A DNA stretch of 64,000 bases from positions 2,976,001 through 3,040,000 of the forward strand of contig NC_058368.1 of assembly GCF_018350175.1 (NCBI RefSeq), in the 5' to 3' direction. The DNA comes from Felis catus. Taxonomy: Eukaryota. Below are positions 48,879 to 60,172 of the stretch, one piece after another. The notes under the pieces were generated by a model that worked only from the letters and a program-made list of their open reading frames with translations, made no database searches and had not been told where the DNA came from. Within the stretch, counting starts at the first letter, position 1. Each line of letters begins with the position of its first letter. The position numbers and the translations under genes were made by a program.

Positions 48879-50360
48879 AGGAATACCCAACGGGGACACT
48901 TTTTTTTCTACTTGGTTCGTTGGAGGGGTGCCTTTTCTGCTCCGTTCAGAGAAGCCATATGGGCTGGCTGTGCGCCTGCCAGGATCCCTCACATTGGGAT
49001 CATTCCTCTTGCCGTCTTAGCCAACCCACCTGTAAAATGGGCCTGGGATATAGCCAGGGCTTGGAAGGGAGGAATTCCAAAGTTAGTTTATAACTTTGTA
49101 GCTACTTCATGAGGGAAAAACAAAAGCGATATTCAGTGGAAATCGTGCTACCTCTTTACTGCCGTCGGGCAGAACTCAATATCTAGGTTTGAGATTGTGT
49201 ACTTTTATAAAGAAACGTCAGAGCTCATTGAAAATGTTATCAGTTACCAACTCACTACTGATAAAAAAAAAAGACTATAATATTTACTAAGCAGTTAAAG
49301 TATCAGGCTACAAACTGTGAACTTGCCTAATACTGATATCCAATGTTCCTGGTGAAACTCAATTCAGTGCTTGAGATGATACTTGGGAAGTCCATAAAAC
49401 TTCAAAGATCTATAAACAAGTCAACTTAACTACCTCAAATATCCTAACATGCCACTTGAACGTCAGCTTTTCCACATGTTTACTGAGACATAAAACTCAA
49501 ACCACACGCGGGGGTTTGAAGCCACGTGGGTATGCGAGTTGGGGAATTCTGAGCTAACGGGCATGTAGAATCATCGAGTCCCCGGATTACCCAGGAGAGG
49601 TTAACCTTGTGAGCTTGTGCTTCTTTTCAGTCAAAGTAATACGAACGGAGGAGGTTTTGGCCAGTAACTTGACAAGTGCCGTTTACACAGAGTCTAATGA
49701 TGGGTCTGACGGCTAGATGTCAAGAAAAGTCAGGGAACTCAGTAGCTAAGTTGGCCATGCTGTGCATTTGCATTGGACTGGTCAACTTAACGCCTATTGC
49801 AGGAATGGAAAATGCTACTGACACATGAGTTACGGTTGCTGTGAAAACCATAACTTTGAGTTTATTGACTTTGGTGCGTTTACGGTTTTACGTGTTGTGT
49901 TAGCATGTTCAGTGGGGGTATGCGGAGTAGAAATCATGTCACATTTTCAGGTGAAGACCTATTCCACTTTAAACTTTTTCTTTTCCCTCGAACAGGTTCT
50001 CTGGAGCTACAGACAGCTGTCAGCTCCTTCACCTCTGCTCCAGTCGCTTGATTTCCATTGGCTTGAGTCAGAAAATACACCAGCCCTGTGTCCAACTCAC
50101 AAAATTTAGACCCAGAAGGAAAAATAAATTCCTTGTGAGGTCATCCCTCTCGTCTGAACACTATCTGGTAGACTCCTTGAGCCACGAAAATGGCAAAGAT
50201 CTTGGACGTCTGCCCAGCTGTCGGAGGGAATGGAAGAGACGAGGAAAATGGCCAGGAGCGGTGGTGCACGGGAACACGGAGCCTGAACAGCAAACACAGG
50301 AGATGGACCAGGACTGCATATTGATTCGAGTTACTTCCATGGGAGCAGAGACAAGCAAAG

Positions 50361-50362
<2 letters not shown>

Positions 50363-50400
<38 letters not shown>
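50363..50400. repeat. (TG)n microsatellite
   Basis: Direct reading. Confidence 0.95.
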
Positions 50401-50403
<3 letters not shown>

Positions 50404-53359
50404 ATGTGCCCATCAGGGGAGGCGCGAAGAGTGCCAGTGAAAACCTTTCAGAGAAGCATAAAATGCTTATTCATTTCCTTACAGGTATTCGGTCCAAAAG
50501 AGCGCCAGAAAATCCAAGAACATAGCTGGTTGCCCTTTGTCTTGAAAAGCCAAACCAAAAGTAAAGGGCTAGAAAAAAGTAGGGGCAGAGCTGAGATGTT
50601 TGTAAGCTGTGTTTGGTAAAGTGATCTGGGAGGGAGTATGTGTCTGCAAAGTCTAGCTTGTTCCTCAGTGCTCGACACTTCCTCAGTCTGCGTTCACAGC
50701 CAGCAGTCTGATTACTGACCTTTAGAGAAAGGAGTCTGCAGAGATGGGGAAATTTCAGCCGTTCGCTAGCAAGCTCCAGGCCTAGGGGATCCTTCTTCCC
50801 GCCACTTGGCTTTTTCAAATGGGCTAATTACTTCCCTGAAGGGGGCTAAGGGGTCCAGCAACTCTTGAATCCTAGCCCTGTGAGCTCGAGACGTGTTTTC
50901 CAAGAAGGCTCTTTTAAGGCGTTTGGGAATATTGAGGACATTCCGCCATGCTTGTTTGATTTTGTTCTTTCATTTCTCTAAAAAGCAATTTGATACATTT
51001 GTATTTCTCTCTGGATAAAATCATGCGAAATTATTTTATCCTACTTGACAGACTGCATTGTTAACCCTCCTAGTATGTAGTATGTGTCAAGGAATGCATT
51101 ACATAGAGCACACATTTATTGGACACACTGTAGTCTCTTAAAATAGGGGTAAAAGCTGCTATCAGCATCAAAATATCTCTGTTCTCCCAAGAGCAGTAGA
51201 TATTGGGTTACCGCCTGTTGGTCGGAAAGGTACAGTTTAAACACTTACTTTAAATAAAAATACATATAAAACAGAGCCCATTTTTGGATCACCTTTGATC
51301 TGTAAGTGGTACCAAAAGGATCTAGTCTCTATCAAGTTGATTGGTTATTCACATGTCTTTATACAAGATGCCTATTTTGTTCATTGTTTGAAACTAAAAG
51401 AAGTTTCCATGAAGGTGTTTTAATGTACGTTCTCTTTCTAAAAGCTTTTTCTGACTTGCTAAAGTCTCCGTGCCTGTGCGTTTCGTACCGACACCTCCCT
51501 ATCCCATTTCAGCCAAATACCTAATTGAAGCTGATGTCCACCAGGGAGCATTAATGAACCCACGAATGAAGGTTCTGCAGGCATTTCCATTATCAGAGTA
51601 AAATCTTTGTTGGTTTAAGTTAGAGCTTGTATGTTACAGGAGCCACAATATGGAAGGGTTGGCTGAGACTGTATTTCTAATTTTTCTTTGCGGAGAATGC
51701 TCATAAAAATTCATATCTTTGAAGATGGAAAAAAAAAAACCCAATAATTCCCAGGTCTGGATTATGTTCTGGATATGTTCCTGAGAGTACAAGCATTTCT
51801 CCGCCCATAATTAGTGGGGAGAATTAGGCTGACAATGGCTTATTTAAAAATTGTATGCTATATAGATATTTAAAAATTCCATAAATCTAAGAACTTTACA
51901 TATACATAGCTAAAGTCATATGTATAATGCTAAAAGCATTTATATATTCATATTCATATATGCATGTGCCTGAAAGAGGTGGTCTTTTAAGAAAAATACC
52001 TTAATGTAGTCGTTTGGAGAGACTAATCAGGCTCCCGAACAGTCTACAGAAAGGGGGGACATGAAAGCCTTCTAGAAAGTTGAAACAAGAAGTAAAAGAA
52101 CTAAGTGCATTTCTAAGAATAAGTATGTCTGATACGAAAATACATAAGTGGTTTGCGTTGCCCTGGTGTAAAGCTTGCTGTGGGTTCAAATCTTTAGTAA
52201 CTTTGGCTTTTAACACAATAGAAATCAAATAAAAAGGGTCCAGTTCCGTGTCACGGAGATATAACCCAAGGTGCATAAAAAATACGTTTCTTACCCAAAC
52301 TGTGAGATCAGGATGGCTTTGTGGATCACACGGTTACTCACTCCACGTGTATAGACAGGGTTCCATATGCTGGAGAAACACGACTCCTTCTAGGAATATA
52401 AATTTCGCTGAGAGTTCTTGAGTCCATCGGTGTGGTCACATTCACCTTTCTCTGGGATATTTGCAACGTGGTTGTGCCTCTGTGTTAGACTAGATTTGAA
52501 ATTTTCTGCTGGAATAACAAGTCTTACAATCTAGGATGCTGGTATTTTTTTTTTTTTTCAGATTGATTTTAGATACGGATTCAGGCTTTTTATTAGTAGG
52601 ATATTTCACTCTGTTGTTTTTCGAAATCTCTTCTGTGCAAATGTAATTATTTTCATTAAATATGATAGAAACGATGTTGACACAAAACGAATCCTTGCTT
52701 GGGGAAAGTATCTTATATACACATACAAATAGAGAAATTTTTTAAACATCTGCAACACATACCAAACAGGTCTATGAAGAATTCTGTGTAAGTGTAATTG
52801 TGTAACATTTACCTTAGCTTCTTGTCAGTGAGTGACGTTGGATGTACTGATTCTGCAGTCCAGTGGGAAGCTGGCATCGTAGACATCAAGTCATGGTTCT
52901 GTACAGAAGGCCTCTTCATGAATTAGATATTCAGTAAATGCCAGATTGAGAAGGACCAGAATCAACCACACAAACTGAGCTACTGAATTGCACTGGTCAC
53001 TTCGACGATTGTTCAAGTAAACATTAACAAAGGAAAATACTTGAGTTATTAAACAATGGAGTTTACAACAGGCTCTTAATAGTTCAGACACCTTCCCCAA
53101 ATTTGCAACTGTATTTTGAGTGGCATCCAGTAAGCGAAGTTTTTATTGGCCTAATTACCTGTCTTCCGCACGGATTACACACCTTCGTGGTCAGTCCCCA
53201 TGTGCCTGCACATTGACGGCACTGGGAGAGCTCTTATGACCACAGATTCTAAATTTGTAAATTTGAAGTTGAACTTGCTCACTGCATGCTTTTCAAAGTG
53301 CCCCTGGGAGATTCAAATATGCAGTCAGGGGATTAAGAGCCATTACTCCACTGCATTTG

Positions 53360-53769
53360 GTTTTTTTTGTTCTTTTGTTTTGTTTTTTAACTTGTTTTAC
53401 TTTTTATTTTTTTTAATTGACATCCAAATTAGTTAGCATATAGTGCAACAATGATTTCAGGAGTAGATTCCTTAATGCCCCTTACCCGTTTAGCCCATCC
53501 ACCCTCCCACAACCCCTCCCGTAACCCTCAGTTTGTTCTCCGTATTTATGAGTCTCTTCTGTTTTGTCCCCCTCCCTGTTTTTATACTGTTTTTGGTTCC
53601 CTTCCCTTATGTTCATCTGTTTTGTCTCTTAAAGTTCTCATATGAGTGAAGTCATATGATTTTCGTCTTTCTCTGACTGACTAATTTCACTTAGCATGAT
53701 ACCCTCCAATTCCATCCACGTAGTCGCAAATGGCAAGATTTCATTCTTTCTCATTGCCGAGTAGTACTC

Positions 53770-53813
<44 letters not shown>

Positions 53814-54049
53814 CACATCTTCTTTATCCATTCATCCATCGATGGACATTTGGTCTCTTTCCACGCTTTGGCTATTGTGGATAGTGCTGCTATAAACATG
53901 GGGTGCATGTGTCCCTTCGAAACAGCACACCTGTATCCCGTGGATAAATGCCTAGTAGTGCAATTACTGGGTCGTAGGGTAGTTCTATTTTCAGTTATTT
54001 AAGGAACCTCCAACTGTTTTCCAGAGTGGCTGCACCAGTTTGCATTCCC
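53360..54049 (-). mobile_element. 5'-truncated carnivore L1 3' end (~650 bp) with internal (AT)n at 53775-53810
   Basis: catccaaattagttagcatatagtgcaacaatgatttcaggagtaga; ttcacttagcatgataccctc; catccatcgatggacatttgg; ttccagagtggctgcaccagtttgcattccc. Confidence 0.93.
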
Positions 54050-54115
54050 ATTGTTTGTTTGTTTGTTTTAATTTGTTTCTTCAATTCAGCAGTCAGCTTT
54101 TCAGAGAGAGGGGCA

Positions 54116-54171
54116 TTGCCAAGGACTATGCATGTATATATATATATGCATATATATGCCAAGGACTATGC

Positions 54172-54212
<41 letters not shown>
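54116..54212. repeat. Duplicated tgccaaggactatgcatg+(TA)n unit
   Basis: Two exact copies each followed by (TA)n. Confidence 0.9.
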
Positions 54213-54215
<3 letters not shown>

Positions 54216-54407
54216 CACATTATTAGAGAGGACCAGGGATGGGTATCTCAATGGTGGGTATCTCAAATGAGGAGAGAATGGTGTAAGAACCCATACCTAG
54301 GATTAAAGGAATTGGTTGTCGCTCCAGCTCTAATGATTGCCTAAGAATGCCTCAGGCAAGAAGCCTGAAGAGTTTTTGTTTTGTTTTGTTATTAAAAAAA
54401 TTTTTGA

Positions 54408-54630
54408 GGAGCGCCTGGGTGGCGCAGTCGGTTAAGCGTCCTACTTCAGCCAGGTCACGATCTCGCAGTCCGTGAGTTCGAGCCCCGCGTCGGGCTCTGG
54501 GCTGATGGCTCAGAGCCTGGAGCCTGTTTCCGATTCTGTGTCTCCCTCTCTCTCTGCCCCTCGCCCGTTCATGCTCTGTCTCTCTCTGTCCCAAAAATAA
54601 ATAAACGTTGGAAAAAAAAATTAAAAAAAA
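54408..54630 (+). mobile_element. CAN-SINE, young feline subtype, inserted in the tail of an opposite-strand SINE
   Basis: Diagnostic ggcgcagtcggttaagcgtcc...ttcagccaggtcacgatctcg...ctctgggctgatgg...gcctgtttccgatt, CpGs retained. Confidence 0.96.
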
Positions 54631-54839
54631 ATTTTTTTGAGAACATTTATTTATTTTTGAGAGAGAGAGAGAGCACAAGTGGGGAGGGGCAGAGAGAGAG
54701 GGAGACACAGAATCCGAAGCAGGTTCTGGGCTCCAAGCCGTCAGCACAGAGCCTGACACGGGGCTCGAACCCACGAACTGTGAGATCATGACCTGAGCTG
54801 AAGTCAGACGCTCAACCGAAGGAGACACCCAGGTGTCCC
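54631..54839 (-). mobile_element. CAN-SINE (host; rest of its tail at ~54372-54405)
   Basis: TSD tgaagagtttttgtt / tgaagaggtttttgtt encloses both SINEs. Confidence 0.95.
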
Positions 54840-55459
54840 TTGAAGAGGTTTTGTTAGCTTCTAACCCAAACAAGCTTAGATGACACCAGGGCATAGGTGT
54901 GCAGCAAACTAAAGCAGGCAAGTCAGAATTTATCTAGGATTATGCACTTTGTAATAGGCAGTTTGTTTTTCGTTTTGGGTTTTGGATTGGTTTTGCTTTG
55001 CTTTTATAGATTTGAGCTGTACTGAGAGGTTAGTTAGTTACCCAGGCTAAAATAGTTACTATGTGGCCTCGTTGTCATTTAGAGGGTGGGTGGGTGATAG
55101 AAACACAAAGAAAATGCCAACCGTGCAGGTTTGTGCTGTCTTCCAGCCACAGAAAGGAGACACAGAGACTCCCATAGGGTCCTTTCCTCACCAGCTCCTA
55201 TTTCAAAGTCACAAACTCCGATTTGAAAAAGAAGTCTCCAAGCACAATGATGGGAGCACTCGTTTATCAGGCTGGAAACCTGTTTCTTTTAATAACAACC
55301 GTAGTAAAATATGGGCTCAATTATAGTCTTTTCTTCCCAACTAGGAGGGGACATTTGCCGCAAAACTTCTTATCATTGGCAGTAAGTGAGTTATTAGAAA
55401 ATCCTCAACCTTTAACAACTACGTTAGCACTACGTAAGCAAAAGATAAGGAGGAGGAGT

Positions 55460-55461
<2 letters not shown>

Positions 55462-55493
<32 letters not shown>
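55462..55493. repeat. (GT)n microsatellite
   Basis: Direct reading. Confidence 0.95.
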
Positions 55494-55494
<1 letters not shown>

Positions 55495-55679
55495 AAATTA
55501 AATTTGCTTGCTTGCTTTGTGCAGACTAAGTCTGAAAATACTGGGTTGTGGGATTCTTTCTGTGCTCTCTGGGGTGTTTCATATTTTGACACAGTTCGAT
55601 ATCTTCTCTTCCTCCTCCTGGTTGGTTTTCAACTGTCAAATTTTCCCTCATCCTGTCCTGTATGTTGTATGCTTAGTCT

Positions 55680-55908
55680 TTCTTTTTTTTTTTTAATTAT
55701 TTTTCAACGTTTATTTATTTTTGGGACAGAGAGAGACAGAGCATGAACGGGGGAGGGGCAGAGAGAGAGGGAGACACAGAATCGGAAGCAGGCTCCAGGC
55801 TCTGAGCCATCAGCCCAGAGCCCCACGAGGGGCTCAAACTCACGGACCGTGAGATCGTGACCTGAGCTGAAGTTGGATGCTTAACCGACTGAGCCACCCA
55901 GGCGCCCC
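55680..55908 (-). mobile_element. CAN-SINE, young feline subtype
   Basis: tttttgggacagag, gagccatcagcccagagcc diagnostic positions. Confidence 0.96.
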
Positions 55909-56406
55909 ATTCTTTCTATGGCCTTTGAGTTAATTGTAGATTGCATGCAATTCACCTGGATCTTTTGTACTTTTCAGATATTTTTTTCCTTAAAACCCAC
56001 GGTAGCCATAAATTCCGATTTTAGTCGTACACTGCTCTGTAATTGACAGGTCATCACCTTGTATATTACTCCTCTTGTTCTTTGGTTTCCAGGAAAAAGA
56101 CAAGACCTGACTTTCCTCACAGCTCTGCAGGATCTTGTTCTGACATTTGAGGTATTACTTTGTTTCCACATCAAAGGTGGCTTGTCGGTGAAAACTCTTG
56201 CTCTGATTTCCAATTATATTTATGTGCTATCAGTTTTAGCTCATCTTCCTATCTGGTGTTAATTACTTGACCAATTTAATGATCAATTATTAACCACATA
56301 GAAGGAAACCATCCTGAACTAGATGCTTATAAAGGTGAAAATCAGGAGTATAAAATGTTAGTGATATTTGACAAGAAAGCGCTGAGATACTGAACACTTC
56401 CTTTAA

Positions 56407-56613
56407 AAAAATTTTTTTTATCATTTATTCATTTTTCAGAGACAGAGAGCACAAGTGGGGTGGGGCAGAGAGAGAAGGAGACACAGAATCCGAGGCCAGC
56501 TCCAGGTTTCGGGCTGTCAGCACAGAGCCCGACGCGGGGCTCGAACTCATGAACCGTGAGATCATGACCTGAGCCGAAGTCGGACGCTCAACCGACGGAG
56601 CCACCCAGGCGCC
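56407..56613 (-). mobile_element. CAN-SINE with long TSD
   Basis: ctgagatactgaacacttcctttaa (56382-56406) / ctgagacactgaacacttcctttaa (56613-56637). Confidence 0.96.
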
Positions 56614-57286
56614 TGAGACACTGAACACTTCCTTTAATCAGACACCCATCTGACCAGGTCCCTGTACAGACAAGAAAGCACAGACTTTCCATCTTTCATA
56701 TTAGCAATGGCTTCTGCTGCCCAGCAACATTGTAAATCCTCGCCGACCCGGTACAATTCCGTGGAGCGCTGTCTTCAGCAGTCACTCTGAATGAACGAGA
56801 ACAGTGAACAAGTGCTCATCTGTCCGCAGCCACCCCAGGACCCAGCCCCATCTCCCCTTCTTCTAAGCCGGCGCATAGAAAGGCCAGTGTAGACTTCCCC
56901 GTGAGAAAAGCCAGAGGAGAGCAGTGAGCATGACGGTTTGGCCTTCATGGAAAAATGCAAATGGCTTAGAAGACTTGTTAAGATCCTTCCTAGCTGAGGA
57001 GGGATTTGGGAAACCAGGGTACTGCTTCCCAGGCCTCTCTTCCTCGTCCTCCTCAGCCACATTAGGGAAGAGAACTTTGAAAAAGCAGGGAGAGAGGCTG
57101 GGCCTCTCCAAGGAGGAGATCCGCACCGCCTGAAGTAGCTAGGCTCCTTGGACGAACAGAATCAAGTAGGTCACGAGTAAGTGCAGATTTTAACTGAGGA
57201 CTAGCCAGGTTTCTTGTTTCCTTGTGGGAAAGGTTCAGCCCAGGCTTTGTTCATCTTTGTCTAAATACACATGTGTGCCCACTCCT

Positions 57287-57564
57287 GAGACAGAGAGAGA
57301 GAGAGAGAGAGAGAAGAAGAAGAAGAAGGATGGAGGGGAAGAAGGGAAGGGAGGGAGGAGGGAGGAGCGGGAGGGGGGAGGGGGGAGGGGGAAGGAAGGA
57401 GGAGGAGGAGAAAGATTGGGGGTTAAGAAGGAGGGGGAGGGAAGAGGAGGAAGGAGGAGGAAGGAAGGAGGGGGGAAGGAAGGAGGAGGGGGAAGGAGGG
57501 AGGAGGGGGGAGGGAGGAGGAGGAAGCAAGGAGGAGGGGGAGGGGGGAGGGAGACAGAGACAGA
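57287..57564. repeat. Polypurine low-complexity tract (GA)n-(GAA)n-(GGA/GGAA/GGGGA)n
   Basis: Almost purely A/G on + strand for ~280 bp. Confidence 0.95.
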
Positions 57565-57864
57565 TTTAAGTACAAAGGGCTAGGCCCTCTTTCAAGGGAA
57601 GTAGAACTGACTTCTCTACTTTTCACGATAGCTGGGAGAACAATCCTCGCGTCTTTGTCTCTTCAACCTGCTTGAAAACCTCATCTTGGGGTGGGATGGG
57701 GGTGACTGAGAGGCAAACCCAGAAGACGGCAATGTGAAGGAGAGGAATCTTCTGTTCCCTCCCTGTAGTTTCCTGTGAATCCCATTCCGAACCGCTGTCA
57801 GGATAGAGCCGCTTAGAGAACAAGATAGTTGTCCCTTCACTTTGTAGCCCCTCCTCCCCCCCCC

Positions 57865-58045
57865 CTTTTTTTTAATTCCATAGACTTCTTTGTCAATCCT
57901 GTAAAGCCTAAGGACCCTTTCAAAGAACAACGCTTTTGATTACATAAAATAAGTTACAGAGGATTACCAAGGACATCTATTATATTGAAAAAGACTCCTA
58001 CCAATGGATCCCTAGGGGTGTCTATGGGGCCCAGGTCAAGAGTCA
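57865..58045 (+). mobile_element. Charlie4-like hAT DNA transposon fragment
   Basis: aagcctaaggaccctttcaaagaacaacgcttttgattacataaaataagttacagaggattaccaagga...attatattgaaa and ccaggtcaaga end resemble recalled Charlie4 consensus. Confidence 0.6.
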
Positions 58046-60124
58046 GGGTCAAATACGGTTGTGCCTAAGTCAGGGTCCCTGCAGGAAGTAGGGGAACGTT
58101 CAAGTTAAGATGATTTGAAGGGTGTTTAATAAAATGATCTTTACAAATCATAGGCAGGGTGTCGGGAACCATGCCGGGTTGAGAAGTACATGGTTCCAGA
58201 AACTGCAGGGCTCTTATTAACAGCAGAGACAAAGGGAGGTGGGGGAGCAGCGTGTAGGGAGAGGAGTGACTCAGTCTTGGGAATGGGCCACCACGGGTGA
58301 CCCTTATAGGAGTGGAGCCAGGAGCACGTGTACCTGACCTCATTCCTCTTAATCCCCAGCCGGGGCTCCCCAGAGATGCTGTATATTAAGCCGACTTAAA
58401 AAACCTAAATCGATTGAGGCCTCAACATTTGTCCTGTCTTTCCTGGAGGGAGACAGGTCCGTCACCTTCCACTTGGCCCTTGTCCTGTGTCTCGTGTTCT
58501 ACAATCAGGAGCATCATGAAAAGGTAGCATGTGGGAGCAGGTAAATTACCACGCACAGACGACATTGGTAGGATGTTCATTTGCCGTAAGCCAGTCTTTA
58601 TTTTTGTTGGCGAATATTTAAAAATACTTTAAACCATATGTGGCGTTAGAGTAATTGATCCTCTCTCTCCCCCCACTCTTTTTGCTACAATAATTTTTCT
58701 TTTGTGATTGATGTAAAAAACAACCCTCACTGATAGATTTCTCAGGAAATCTCATTATTTGCAGGTTAGCTGGCTCAGGACGTCATCTGTCTGTGCCGAA
58801 GGAGAAATACGTTACAAGCTTCATCTTGAGAAACGGTTAAATTCATCGAATTCTTTGGGAGCAGCTATTTGGGCTCTGCAAACGTAGGTGGAGTCCTTGG
58901 GAACCATTTGAAAAGTCATTTGCTCCAACGGTTTGTATTGTCATTCTACAAATTGCACAAGACTCTCTAAAAAGGAAAAGAAAAAAAAAAAAAAAAAAGG
59001 AGTGATTATTATCAGCCCAGGGAGATTCGTTGAAAACGTACACCCAGTGTTCCGTGAAAAGGAAAAGGTTTTTCCTTTTGTGATCACAGAGCAGTAAGGA
59101 GGATCCGCCCCGGAGGCGATGGTCCAGGCGGAGAGGCGTGTGGTCAGTTACCTGTGAAGGTAGCGCCACCGAAATGGAAATCACTTGCTCTGGGAACTCA
59201 GCCTGAGCTGCTGTGAAATGATTTGCATGCGGTTGTACCCAGAGTTCCCAGAACTGCGTTCCCGGGTGTTCCCTCCTCTATTTCCAAGGCTGGCTGGCTG
59301 GTGCTGTTTGGGTGTATGTCTGCATGTGTCATGATGTTCTGTTTTTAAAATACCCCAAAAGTTCAAGAAGTTTTGCTTCCTTAAAGGCAAGCTTGGTGCC
59401 TAGAGATGGTATACTGAGCTGCTTTCTGTAGGGCCTTTTGGTTTCCTTTGGCTTTGAAAGCACAAAGCAGTTCTCTAAAACTGATCTCCCCCAACCAAGG
59501 GTAGGCTGTTAAGCGCCCGTCTGACACGGGTGTCCCTAAAAGCCACATCGCGACCGCAGGCGTTCTCTAGCCTTAGTTTCCTTTCATGGAGATCCTAATG
59601 CGGCAGGTGACTTGACGGCTGGAGAGGCTATTTGCAGATGGGGTTTTTTGAAAAATTTTCCCTGTTCTTTTTTGTCTTTTTTTTTTAAGGCAGTGATTCT
59701 CTGCAAAATGTTTTTTGTTTGTTTGTTTGTTTTTTATGAATTCTCAGAGGGTGAACAGAGGTGGAAAAGGGAAGAGCGGCTGAATATTTCTGTCTTGACC
59801 AGAAGCGTCCTAAAATGTTCTGTTTATGGACACGGGGGGACAACGGTTTGTGTAAGGTTAATGCGGGGATCCCTGAGCCTGGTTACCCCTCCGGTGGCAT
59901 CTGAACGCATTAGAAAAGGGTGCCAGGAGCCCATCTGTTAGCAATACATGCCCAGCCACAAACACAACTGTCGTGACAACCACACCGAGTCAGTCTTTCA
60001 AATAAAACTTGTTAAAAGCTACTGCCCTCCCGCCCCCACCCACTGCAGTTAACTGCATTAAATCGCCCCCGAACCAGTATTTATTTGCTTAGGCGGTGCC
60101 TTACTGGTGCAGCTGTGGGATGGC

Positions 60125-60172
60125 AGTAACCCCACCAACATGAGCCTTTCAAGTAACCCCACCAACATGAGC
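60125..60172. repeat. Tandem duplication agtaaccccaccaacatgagc (27-bp period)
   Basis: Two exact 21-bp copies. Confidence 0.9.

Noticed and set aside
54352..54921. 189-aa ORF
   Set aside because: Read-through of two SINEs; peptide is the standard CAN-SINE translation also seen in many other ORFs here
57222..57583. Gly/Glu/Arg-rich ORFs
   Set aside because: Artefact of the polypurine low-complexity tract lacking stop codons
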